Assembly: GCA_041741035.1 (NCBI GenBank)
Contig: JBGSKZ010000251.1
Span: 1 to 34,079 of the forward strand
Direction of reading: 5' to 3'
Origin: Treponematales bacterium
GTDB taxonomy: Bacteria > Spirochaetota > Spirochaetia > Treponematales > UBA12059
Length of the DNA stretch: 34,079 nucleotides
The position numbers and the translations under genes were made by a program. The notes below the pieces were generated by a model. It saw nothing but the letters and a program-made list of their open reading frames with translations, made no database searches and was not told where the DNA came from. Positions 18,865 through 27,163 of the stretch are shown here, in pieces. Positions within the stretch are counted from its first letter, which is position 1. Each line of letters starts with the position of its first letter.

Positions 18865-20184
18865 TTATGTTGCCCCGAGGGCGGTGATTTTCTCATGCAC
18901 GATCGGAAGACCCAGGCCTCTGCCTGAAATATCGGTGAGCATCGTGCTGGTCGAGACGCCGGACTGGAAAATGAGCTTGACCGCTTCCCCGGATTCCAGG
19001 GCATCAATGGTTTCTTTGGGGAAGATCCCTGCTTTGATGGCAGCGGATCGGACCTGGGCCTGGTCAATGCCTTCGCCATCGTCTGATACTCGTAGTTCCA
19101 TCCGTTGACTGTCAATCGCGGTAAAGGCGGCGGTAATGGTTCCCCTGGGCGGCTTGCCCTGTTTGCAGCGCTTGTCGGCAGCAAGCATGCCATGATCCAC
19201 ACAATTGCGTATCAGATGGATCAGGGGATCCTTCAATCCATCCAGCACCCGCTTGTCACACGCAAGATCGTCACCGTGTATGACCAGATCCACTGCCTTG
19301 CCCTGGTCGCGCGCAAGGTCCCGAACCAGTACCGGGAACAGCTGCATCAGGCTTGCTGCCGGCAGCATCAGGGCTCCTCTCATGTTTTCAAGATGTTCAT
19401 CCACCAACCGGTCCAGCTGGTACCGGTTCTGCGACGAGGCCTGGGTCATTGTAGTCATGCGGTCCTGGAAGCCATCCAGAATGGACTCACATCGGTCATG
19501 CCACCCTTCATCACGCATGTTCATGGCAGAGGCCCCGCTGGCCTTCCGTTGCGAGGCTTCATGTTTCCAGGTCTGCAGGTCCTGACATATGGCATTCAGT
19601 TCCATCGCCTGGTGACGGGCTGTCATCTTGAGTGCCACCAGCTCCTCAGCCTGGTGCATGAGCTCATCCAGCCGTTCGAGGGGCAGGCGCACGGTGCTTT
19701 TTTCAAGCAGCTTCATTTCCGCGACAGGAGGAAGTACGACAGTGTCATTGTCATTTGCTTCTGGGGAGGCTTCGCCGGTAATTGCCCTGTCCAGATCCTT
19801 GACAACCTCCTTTGCCTGTTCCTGGTCCGGGATCGTACCCTCCAGGTCGGGAGTCGAAATTATCCTGGCAATGAGGTCGATGCTCCTGTGCAGTACGTCG
19901 AAACGGGCGGGTGTAGGCACGATTGAACCTAGTTTCAGGGCGGAGAAGACAGCCTCCAGGGGCCGGCAGATCGATTCGACCAGCTTGAGGCTGACTGAAC
20001 GGGCTGCTCCTTTCAGGCTGTGGGTTTCCCTGAATACCTGCTCGGTCAGTCTGGTCCAGGTTGCGGGATCCGGTGACTGTTCCATGCCAATCAGGCAATC
20101 CGATATGGACTGGATATGCTCGTCCGCCTCGGCCCGGAAGGTGGTTCTGAGGTGTTTCAGGAATTCACGATCACTGGTGCCCAT
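18865..20184 (-). CDS. cheA: CheA N-terminal portion (Hpt, dimerisation, ATPase up to the G2 box), ending prematurely through a frameshift
   Basis: Hpt: ETHSLKGAARSV. N-box: HLIRNCVDHG. G1: SDDGEGID. G2: GRGLGLPIVHEKITALG, then AT*. The protein continues in the other frame (see 17933..18862). Confidence 0.85.
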   Translation of the reverse strand: MGTSDREFLKHLRTTFRAEADEHIQSISDCLIGMEQSPDPATWTRLTEQVFRETHSLKGAARSVSLKLVESICRPLEAVFSALKLGSIVPTPARFDVLHRSIDLIARIISTPDLEGTIPDQEQAKEVVKDLDRAITGEASPEANDNDTVVLPPVAEMKLLEKSTVRLPLERLDELMHQAEELVALKMTARHQAMELNAICQDLQTWKHEASQRKASGASAMNMRDEGWHDRCESILDGFQDRMTTMTQASSQNRYQLDRLVDEHLENMRGALMLPAASLMQLFPVLVRDLARDQGKAVDLVIHGDDLACDKRVLDGLKDPLIHLIRNCVDHGMLAADKRCKQGKPPRGTITAAFTAIDSQRMELRVSDDGEGIDQAQVRSAAIKAGIFPKETIDALESGEAVKLIFQSGVSTSTMLTDISGRGLGLPIVHEKITALGAT

Positions 20185-20203
20185 CAGGTCTCCTCATACG
20201 ATC

Positions 20204-20812
20204 CTATCCAAGTTCATCGTTTACGACCAACGCTTCGTCTCCGAGGATTTTTGCCGCGTCGAGGATGAAGCCTCCGGAATGAATCCTGGCTATGTACCCC
20301 GCAGCTGATCCGGCCAACGCCTGTAAAGGGGGCCGGGTATCCTGGTATGGAATGCTCCGTGTTCCCAGGATACGATCCGCCAGAATCCCGAGTTCCATGA
20401 CCCCATCGCTCAGGATGAGTATCCTGTTCAATTCACCAAGCCCCCTTGACGGTACTTTGAGCAGTTCCCTCAGATCAACCAGTGCCAGTACATGCCCGCG
20501 TATATTGGTGATGCCGGCAATGAAGGATGGAATCCCGGGCAGCGATGTCAGGTTCTTCAGTGGATGAACCTCCCGGACAAATCGGCACTCCATGGCGTAG
20601 ACACTGGCAGCCAGACTGAATTCGATGATGTTCATGCATTGCCCCTCGATAGGGCCTGAATCCAGGGGCTTGGCGAGTTCCCGTGCCCTTTCTTGAAGGA
20701 TACGGTCCGGTTCGGCTGGAGAAGCTCCTGGTCCATGATCCAGAGCAGTCTTCAGTGCTTCGATCCGGGCCCGTATCGCGTCCCAGTCTGTGTCCCCCAA
20801 GGTTCCACTCAT
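20204..20812 (-). CDS. cheW: CheW-like coupling protein with an N-terminal extension
   Basis: 202 aa. CheW fold motifs: IIEFSLAASVYAMECRFVREV...PGIPSFIAGITNIRGHVLALVDLRELL. Its ATG overlaps the mcp stop as ATGA. Stop TAG 20204-20206, 19 nt before the cheA ATG. Confidence 0.85.
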   Translation of the reverse strand: MSGTLGDTDWDAIRARIEALKTALDHGPGASPAEPDRILQERARELAKPLDSGPIEGQCMNIIEFSLAASVYAMECRFVREVHPLKNLTSLPGIPSFIAGITNIRGHVLALVDLRELLKVPSRGLGELNRILILSDGVMELGILADRILGTRSIPYQDTRPPLQALAGSAAGYIARIHSGGFILDAAKILGDEALVVNDELG

Positions 20813-22863
20813 GTTTTGTACTGGTCGACCAGGCTTTTAAGCTTCAGCCCAAGCTCGTTCAGGTTCTGGGCCACTTGTTCAGCCTGGTGCATGCTGGTAA
20901 CGGTCTGGGTTCCGGCCTGGCTGATATTGGTCATGGCAATTCCTATCTGGTCCATGCCGATGACCTGCTGGCGGCTTGAGGCCACTATCTGTATGGCTGT
21001 CTGGGTGGCTTCGGCGCTGCTTTCCGTCAGGATCCCTATCGCCTCGCCGGCCTTGGAGGATTGGTCGACCCCCGCGTCCACGGCCTTTGTCCCTTCTTCG
21101 GCGGCTGTCACCGCAGCGCTGGTGGCTTTCTGTACATCCCCCAGGATGCTGCGGATCTGTATGGTGGCCTGTTTTGACTGCTCGGAGAGATTCCTGATTT
21201 CCTGGGCTATAACGGTAAACCCTTTTCCCTGGTCACCCGCCCGGGCTGCCTCTATGGCCGTGTTTACAGCCAGCAGGTTTGACTGGTCGGCAAGGTCGGT
21301 TACGGTGGCAATGATGCCGCCGATGGACTGACTCTGTTCACTCAGCCGGACAATCGTATGGGCGATGGTCTCCATCTGGTCCCGGATGTGGAGCATGGCA
21401 TCCATGGTATCGTTGACCGCTTTCTGGCCGGATTCCGAGGTGTCGTTCACATGCCTTGCGTTGTCAGAGACATTCTGAGCCTTCTCGGCTGACAACTGGG
21501 CAGCCTGCCGTACCTGTTCAACCGTAGCGGTGGTCTGATTTATAGCACTCGCGGTTTCCGTGGTTCCTGCGACGATCTGGGTTGTGGAGGCGAGTATCTC
21601 GCTCCCTGCGGAGGTAAGGACGTTCACACCGTCGCTGATGGACCGCAAGTGGCCCTGGAGCCTGTCCACCATGGCCGAGAAGGCTTTCCCAAGCTGGTCC
21701 TGCTCCGAAAGGGGGCTGACCTGTACAGCCAGATCTCCTCCGGATATCCTCTCAGCGACCTGGGCCATCCCCCTGAGCCAGGTCAGCATGGTGGCGAAGG
21801 CCTTGGCCAGGCTGCCTATCTCGTCGTGCCGCGAGGTGTATTCCACGTCAATGCAAAGGTTGCCTTGCGCAATGGCATTGGCCGCGCCGACTACCTTGTT
21901 GAGCGGATTGACGATGCTCCGGGAAAAGAAGAACAGTATTGTGGCCGCTGCCAGCAGAGCCACCAATCCAAGGAGGACAATCTGGTTCCGGATCATGGTA
22001 GCCGATGAATACAGGTCGTCCTCTTCTATGGTAACCGCGACACTCCAGCCAGTGAGGGGAACCGGTGCCATTCCGGCCAGCTTTGCCACCCCGTTGCGTG
22101 TGTACTCGACTATGCCGTGTCCGCCTCGCTTAACCATCTGCGCATAGGGTTCCATCCCTGGAATTTCCGCAATATTCTCGCTAAGGATGTTTTCCTTGAC
22201 GGGATGGGCAATAACCAGGCCGGAACCTTCCGTAATGGTCGCATAGCCGGTCTTCCCTACCTTGGCCTTGTCGATCAAGTCCGTGAGGTACTTTATTTCC
22301 ATTCCTATTGCCACAGCGCCGATTATCGTCTTTCCGTCGGGCGCGTAGACAGGGCTTCCTGCGGTGCTGATGATTCTGCCGGTGAATTTGGATATTACAA
22401 TGGAACCGACGCTTGCCTGGCCTTTCAAGGCGGATATCATGTAGTCACGGGTGGACAGGTCACCGCCAAGATTGGCAGTGTTGGTTGAGGCGAAGATGAT
22501 CCCGTCCCGGCCGCAGACATTGATGCTTGAACAGTTTTCGCCAATGTTATCCTTGATCCTCGTGAATTCTTCTTCCGCTTCAGAATATGTAGCCAGCTTG
22601 ACACCGCGTTGTAATCGTTCCTGCGCGGCCGCCTGGATTGTCCGCAAACCTGCCATATTCCTGACCATGATGAGTTGGTCCTGCATGCCTACTTCAAGCG
22701 TGTTTGCCAGACCCTCCGCCATGATGGAAAGATCGTTCTGTGCCATGGTGCTGATGCCGCGCGTGGATTCCACGACACTGACAAATCCGATGATCATGAT
22801 CGGAATCACCAGCAACGCCAATCCGCCGATCAGGAATTTTGCGCCTAGTCCTGGATGTTTCAT
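20809..22863 (-). CDS. methyl-accepting chemotaxis protein with a large periplasmic (double-Cache-like) sensor, HAMP and MA signalling domain
   Basis: Two TM segments (FLIGGLALLVIPIMIIGFV; VLLGLVALLAAATILFFF) flank about 270 aa. HAMP follows. Conserved hairpin tip: LADQSNLLAVNTAIEAARAGDQGKGFTVIAQEIRNLSEQS. Confidence 0.9.
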   Translation of the reverse strand: MKHPGLGAKFLIGGLALLVIPIMIIGFVSVVESTRGISTMAQNDLSIMAEGLANTLEVGMQDQLIMVRNMAGLRTIQAAAQERLQRGVKLATYSEAEEEFTRIKDNIGENCSSINVCGRDGIIFASTNTANLGGDLSTRDYMISALKGQASVGSIVISKFTGRIISTAGSPVYAPDGKTIIGAVAIGMEIKYLTDLIDKAKVGKTGYATITEGSGLVIAHPVKENILSENIAEIPGMEPYAQMVKRGGHGIVEYTRNGVAKLAGMAPVPLTGWSVAVTIEEDDLYSSATMIRNQIVLLGLVALLAAATILFFFSRSIVNPLNKVVGAANAIAQGNLCIDVEYTSRHDEIGSLAKAFATMLTWLRGMAQVAERISGGDLAVQVSPLSEQDQLGKAFSAMVDRLQGHLRSISDGVNVLTSAGSEILASTTQIVAGTTETASAINQTTATVEQVRQAAQLSAEKAQNVSDNARHVNDTSESGQKAVNDTMDAMLHIRDQMETIAHTIVRLSEQSQSIGGIIATVTDLADQSNLLAVNTAIEAARAGDQGKGFTVIAQEIRNLSEQSKQATIQIRSILGDVQKATSAAVTAAEEGTKAVDAGVDQSSKAGEAIGILTESSAEATQTAIQIVASSRQQVIGMDQIGIAMTNISQAGTQTVTSMHQAEQVAQNLNELGLKLKSLVDQYKT

Positions 22864-24359
22864 GGTACCTCCATATAGTACCGTTGCGTGGAGCCCAACG
22901 GTGCATGCTTCCTCATGGTAGCGGATAGTAGTTCCCTGAACCGCCCCACGGTCAGGCCTCCGGCTTCGGGAAGGATTTCGTCATCCGGCCATTGGGCAAG
23001 CAAGGTCAGTGTGTTTCTGAGCCAGCGGATGCCCGTTGGCCTGTCGCCGGTGCGCAGTGCCAGGTTGCCAAGCATGAAACTGGCCACCAGGGACTGCGGA
23101 TCCAGATACAGAGCCTTCTTCAGCGATGCCGTGGCCTCCGCATCCCGGTTGAGTTCCTGGAGTATCGCCGCCTCCAGGAAGTGGAAGCGGGCGTTCACCC
23201 TGTCATTACTGATCAAGGTCCGGCACAGTGCCAGGGCCTCATCAAGATGCCCTGCATCGGCAAGTTCCTGTACGCTGAGCTCCTCCAATGGTGTGGACTC
23301 CGGCAAAGGTCGGGCGGGCATGCCCACCGGTCCGGTAGTACTGGCTGGTATTGCGGCGGTGACCGCTTTAGTTTTGGGCTTTTCACGGTCCCGGGAGTTC
23401 TTTCCGGCGCTCCTGTGATGCTCCGTGGCAGGGTGCTTCAACGGGGTCTTCGCCAGAGGCTTGGGGTGTACGGCTGCAGGTGCCATGTGAGGCGGTGTCG
23501 CTGTACCAGGCATACCTTTACGGTATGCTGTAGCCTCGGGGAAGGAGACTACCTCAAAGCCTCTGAACAAGACCTGGGAACATTCACAGGCAGCCGGTAT
23601 CATCCATCCCCCATCGACAAGAGACAATCCCATTCTTTCCACAATCCAGCGCGCGCGGTCGGGGGTGAAATACATGAGTACATTCCTGCAGAATATGATA
23701 TCCATGGCAGTCGTATCATTGAGGGTGGATGGATACATGCCGTCGGCAAGGTTCAGATACGAGAACATGACCATGGAACGCACCGCCGGAATGACCGTTC
23801 GTTTCTTCCTCCCGGCATCCAGGAAGTAGTCTGCCGTCAGCCAATCCGGGGCATTCCTGAACGACCACTCCCCATAGGTTCCGAGTTCTGCCTTCCTGAG
23901 CGTTGAGGGGTTTATGTCCGTAGCCAGGATGGTGATGTTCCAGTTGTCGACGGTGGGCAGGCCCCGCCGGAGGGCTATGGCGATGGAATACGCCTCGTCC
24001 CCGGACGAACAGCCGGCACACCAGAGCCGGAGTATCCTGTTGCCTTGGGCTTCCTTTCCCTGGATCAAACCAGGCAGGATTGATCCTTCCAGGGCATCGA
24101 ACACCCGGGGTTCACGCCAGAAATAGGTCTCGCTGGTGGTCAGCTGGCCTGCAAGGATCTCCTTTCGCTCTTCGGTGACAGGGGATGACATGAGTTCCTG
24201 GCTGAACGCAGCCGCATCAGGGTATCCCAGCAGTTTCGCCGCTACCCCGACCCCTGCTTCAAGCTCGCCCCAACGGGGCGGGGGGAAATGCAGTGCCAGC
24301 TGTGCCTCGATGAATTCACTGAGCCGTGCAAGCTGGTGTCCCGGGAGTATATGCTTCAT
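22860..24359 (-). CDS. cheR: CheR-type protein-glutamate O-methyltransferase with a C-terminal TPR-like extension
   Basis: Motifs: ETYFWREPRVF and LRLWCAGCSSGDEAYSIAIAL. The C-terminal 130 aa are helical-repeat-like (LDEALALCRTLISNDRVNARFHFLEAAILQEL...). ATGA overlaps occur at both ends. Confidence 0.9.
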   Translation of the reverse strand: MKHILPGHQLARLSEFIEAQLALHFPPPRWGELEAGVGVAAKLLGYPDAAAFSQELMSSPVTEERKEILAGQLTTSETYFWREPRVFDALEGSILPGLIQGKEAQGNRILRLWCAGCSSGDEAYSIAIALRRGLPTVDNWNITILATDINPSTLRKAELGTYGEWSFRNAPDWLTADYFLDAGRKKRTVIPAVRSMVMFSYLNLADGMYPSTLNDTTAMDIIFCRNVLMYFTPDRARWIVERMGLSLVDGGWMIPAACECSQVLFRGFEVVSFPEATAYRKGMPGTATPPHMAPAAVHPKPLAKTPLKHPATEHHRSAGKNSRDREKPKTKAVTAAIPASTTGPVGMPARPLPESTPLEELSVQELADAGHLDEALALCRTLISNDRVNARFHFLEAAILQELNRDAEATASLKKALYLDPQSLVASFMLGNLALRTGDRPTGIRWLRNTLTLLAQWPDDEILPEAGGLTVGRFRELLSATMRKHAPLGSTQRYYMEVP

Positions 24360-24817
24360 GCCGTTTCTGCCGCCATAGCGGCGTCCAGTTGGTCTTCTTC
24401 ATCCAGGGAGAGCAGCGCATCCAGGTCGTAGATGAGGGCCATGCCATCCTCAAGCCGCGCCACCCCCCTCAGGTGATCGGTAAAAGACAAGGATTCCGCC
24501 GCGTCCGTGATTAGTTCGCCAGGAATCATCCGGATGCCCTCCACATCATCAACAACCAGCACAAGCGTGCGCCTAGGAGTCCTCGCAACCAGGAATTTCG
24601 TTGAGCAAGCCAGGGGCTGTGGCGGCAGCTTGAAGAGGGAGCGCATATCCATAACTGGCAGGACCTTTCCATGCATGTTGATGATGCCAAGGACTTTCCG
24701 GGGAGCATCGGGTAAGGGAGAAATCTCCACAGCCCTGGTCACGCACTCAACGACAGGCAAAGGAAGGATGTACCGGGATTGGTCAAGAGAAAACTGGATG
24801 CCCGGTCCTGGCTACAT
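24356..24817 (-). CDS. cheW: CheW-like coupling protein; the best start (ATG 24815-24817 behind GGAGGAGG) is immediately followed by an in-frame TAG
   Basis: Reading from ATG: M-TAG-PGPGIQFSLDQSRYILPLPVVECVTRAVEISPLPDAPRKVLGIINMHGKVLPVMDMRSLF..., a full CheW N-terminus. The ORF track starts at TTG 24760, which would delete the first beta-strand. SD (CCTCCTCC on +) lies at 24825-24832. Confidence 0.75.
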
Positions 24818-25029
24818 GGGATATCCTCCTCCGCTCACCTGCCATGATGGTCCAGCCACTATTTGGTGAAAGGACTGCTTCCCTCACGTTTTTCATTTTC
24901 TGTCTTGCTGATCAGTCCATATATAAGCATATGCCGTATCCCGGCAAAAGCAAGGGCAGCCATTGCAAGGGGGGAGGGGTGCGTCGAACCAGGGAGAAAT
25001 CCATCAGCCCACCCGGTGAAGCGCCTGGA

Positions 25030-25783
25030 TGTACCCTGCTGGAAGCAGTGCTTGAAACCGCATTGGAGCATAGTGGGGACAGCATCATCTTTGCCCTGGA
25101 TCGTGGGTGCCGCTATATTGACTTCAATAGCATGCACAGACAGGAGATGTGCAGGGTCTGGCATGTCGGGATACGGCTTGGCGACTCGATACTGGATCAG
25201 CTGACTATACCCGGGTTGCGGGAAGAAGCACAGCAGACTTCCGAGCGGGGTCAGGCCCGGTGCTCGAGGTGCTCGTCATAGTCACGGGCATGACCGAAGC
25301 GTCCAGGTAGAGGAAGGCCGACGAGAAGCTGAACCATGACCTGGACGCCTTCGCCAGGGCAATCTCGAATGAGCTGAAGGTGCACATCTGAGGAATCGAC
25401 GAGGTCCAGTTGGATCTGGCCGAGTTACCATATTGCAACGGCGATCCGACACTGTTGCGCAAGGTATGGGAGGGCGCTTGCTGGACAACGCGCTCAAGTT
25501 CAGCATAGGCCAGGTACGGCGGGTCATTTCGATATTCGCGGAGACCACCGGTAGCGGGATCAGGTACTGCATCAAGGATACAGGCATAGGCTTCAATGAA
25601 GCGTACAACGATTAACTGTTCACAGCCTTCGAACACTTGCATTTATATGGAACATACGGAGGATGCGATGCGGGGCTGGCCATGGTGAAATGTATCATTG
25701 TACTGCACTAAGGCAGTGTCGGCGCTGCCAGTGAAGAAGGGAAAGGCGCATTGTTCTGGCTTGCACTACCGAAGATTGGGTGA
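25030..25783 (+). pseudogene. decayed PAS-histidine kinase gene
   Basis: PAS-like LLEAVLETALEHSGDSIIFALDRGCRYIDFNSMH lies in frame 1. An H-box remnant LDAFARAISNELKVHI-TGA(25389-25391) and GDPTLLRKVWE lie in frame 0. LLDNALKFS...IKDTGIGFNEAYND-TAA(25613-25615)-LFTAFEHLH...GLAMVKCIIVLH-TAA(25709-25711)-GSVGAASEEGKGALFWLALP lies in frame 2. Confidence 0.8.
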
Positions 25784-25869
25784 AGTCCAGAATGTGCTAA
25801 TAAGCCTTGGCAGACAAACGAGCGTAACAAGAAGTACGAGCTTACGGTACATTGGTTAGAACTGAAATT

Positions 25870-25900
25870 TGAACCGCCCCGGGATCGCCTGAGTATTGCC
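25870..25900 (+). repeat. solo IS3-family terminal inverted repeat (left-end type) with almost no element body
   Basis: TGAACCGCCCCGGGATCGCCTGAG... The first 14 nt are identical to the reverse complement of the IS terminus at 11206-11219. The interior would lie to the right, but a converging membrane-protein gene ends at 25958. Confidence 0.55.
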
Positions 25901-25957
25901 TAGGTGATTACGGTTCCTGCGGCATGGCCCTCTTGCTTAGCATAGTATCCCTCGCTC

Positions 25958-26695
25958 CTATGTTTTCGGCGTTCCCGGCCGGCACACCCTGCGTGTAAGC
26001 AGGAATACCAGAGTCGGGCTTACGAGCAGCCCTCCTATTGGGGTAAGGCCGAGTTTGGTGAACATGGTCGGCATTAAGCGGGAGTAGGCCCACAGGCCCT
26101 GGTCGAAGGCGCTGATCTCCAGATAGATGAGGAAGGCTACGCATATGAAGGTAGAGATCGCATAGCCGACCCAAGGCCGTACAGGCAGGGATCGCAAGCC
26201 GAATAGATGCCCACCCTTGGAGAACCAGAACCGCTCTCGCAGTATCGCCAAAGTAAGGAGATGGGCGCCTACTAGGAGCAATGCGTCCAGGAAGGCGGCC
26301 CGCCAGAAGGTTTGAACGAAGAAGAGCTTCATTTCCACGGTGTTTTCCCCAAAGTAGGGTATGCCGCGGTTTATTCCTTCATACATAGGCACCTGAGATA
26401 CCTCCCAGAAGAAGTTAAAGAAGAAACCGAAGATCACGATAAGGATTTCCGGCTGTATAAGGAAGCGCAGGGCGGGGTTCTTTAGCCCTGGATCCGCGAC
26501 GGTTTCCGGGGGAATGTACTGCCCTGCCTTGCGGAGGGCTACGTTCACGAGTGCCCCAAGGCCAAGCCCGGCCAGGATCACGGCGATGCCTAAGAACATG
26601 CGGGGAAGGTTCGCCAAGCCCGTGAAAACCAGGAAAGCCCCGACTAGGATACCGGAGGTGCGGACAAGGGTTCTAAGAATGACGAGCGGTTTCAT
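25958..26695 (-). CDS. polytopic integral membrane protein, function unknown
   Basis: 245-aa ORF with about 6-7 hydrophobic segments. No catalytic motif recognised. Stop TAG 25958-25960. Confidence 0.7.
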   Translation of the reverse strand: MKPLVILRTLVRTSGILVGAFLVFTGLANLPRMFLGIAVILAGLGLGALVNVALRKAGQYIPPETVADPGLKNPALRFLIQPEILIVIFGFFFNFFWEVSQVPMYEGINRGIPYFGENTVEMKLFFVQTFWRAAFLDALLLVGAHLLTLAILRERFWFSKGGHLFGLRSLPVRPWVGYAISTFICVAFLIYLEISAFDQGLWAYSRLMPTMFTKLGLTPIGGLLVSPTLVFLLTRRVCRPGTPKT

Positions 26696-26780
26696 GGGCT
26701 GGCTCCTCAGCTAAGATTACGCCAGTATAACTCAGGTCGTAGAACAGCGCGAGAAAAACCAATATCTACCAAGGTTATGT

Positions 26781-26919
26781 CGGGCCCGGCGGATTCGGCT
26801 TCCGCGCGTCGCCATCCTGGCGACGGCGCTCCAGCCCGCCTCGTTCGCTGACGGTGCCATCCCTGGCACCTTTTCGTCGCTTCGCGACGCGCTCGCTCGG
26901 TTCGAATCCGTCCAGCCCG
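26781..26919. repeat. 139-nt tRNA-Pro-3'-end-derived repeat, unit A
   Basis: It starts CGGGCCCGGCGGATTCGG and ends CGGTTCGAATCCGTCCAGCCCG (inverted termini copying the tRNA-Pro T-arm and acceptor end). The core holds three short hairpins. It is near-identical to 32965..33104. Confidence 0.8.
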
Positions 26920-26928
26920 TCCGGATAT

Positions 26929-26968
26929 AAAAACAACGGGCCACCCAGTAAGGTGACCCGCTGTTTTT
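26929..26968. terminator. A-tract / GC hairpin / T-tract (bidirectional intrinsic-terminator-like)
   Basis: AAAAACAACGGGCCACCC-AGTAA-GGTGACCCGCTGTTTTT, with one stem mismatch. It is a copy of the hairpin downstream of tRNA-Pro. Confidence 0.55.
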
Positions 26969-26972
26969 ATGA

Positions 26973-27111
26973 CGGGCTGGGCGGATTCGGTCTACGGGGC
27001 TCGACCTCCTGTCTCGCCCCTCCGACCCGCCTACGCGCTTCTCGGCGCATCCCTGCGCCTCGCCCTCGCGTTCGCTCGGGACAGCGCTCCGGTTCGAATC
27101 CGCCCAGCCCG
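26973..27111. repeat. 139-nt tRNA-Pro-3'-end-derived repeat, unit B
   Basis: It starts CGGGCTGGGCGGATTCGG and ends CGGTTCGAATCCGCCCAGCCCG. The core diverges from unit A but keeps the GCA-TCCC-TGC type hairpin. It lies exactly 192 nt after unit A. Confidence 0.75.
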
Positions 27112-27118
27112 TCTGGAT

Positions 27119-27161
27119 ATAAAAACAGCGGGTCACCCAGGAAGGTGACCCGCTGTTTTTA
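27119..27161. terminator. A-tract / GC hairpin / T-tract (bidirectional intrinsic-terminator-like)
   Basis: AAAAACAGCGGGTCACC-CAGGAA-GGTGACCCGCTGTTTTT, a 12-bp perfect stem. Confidence 0.6.
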
Positions 27162-27163
27162 CG

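Noticed and set aside
18865-18880. Programmed -1 ribosomal frameshifting in cheA.
   Set aside because: There is no X XXY YYZ slippery heptamer and no obvious downstream structure. A homopolymer length error or a simple mutation is more parsimonious. It is reported as a plain frameshift.
7306-24814. Calling the in-frame TAGs pyrrolysine codons specifically.
   Set aside because: No pylT/pylS/pylBCD and no methylamine methyltransferase genes are in the window. The host genes are not known Pyl proteins. Only the generic amber-decoding-versus-pseudogene question is retained as a finding.
26781-27111. The 139-nt units as tRNA genes, intron-containing tRNA-Pro genes, or tmRNA.
   Set aside because: Only the acceptor/T-arm end is tRNA-like. 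There is no D-arm or anticodon arm, the T-stem is reduced to 3 bp, and the 17-bp terminal pairing is incompatible with a 7-bp acceptor stem. The units are too short for tmRNA and contain no tag ORF.
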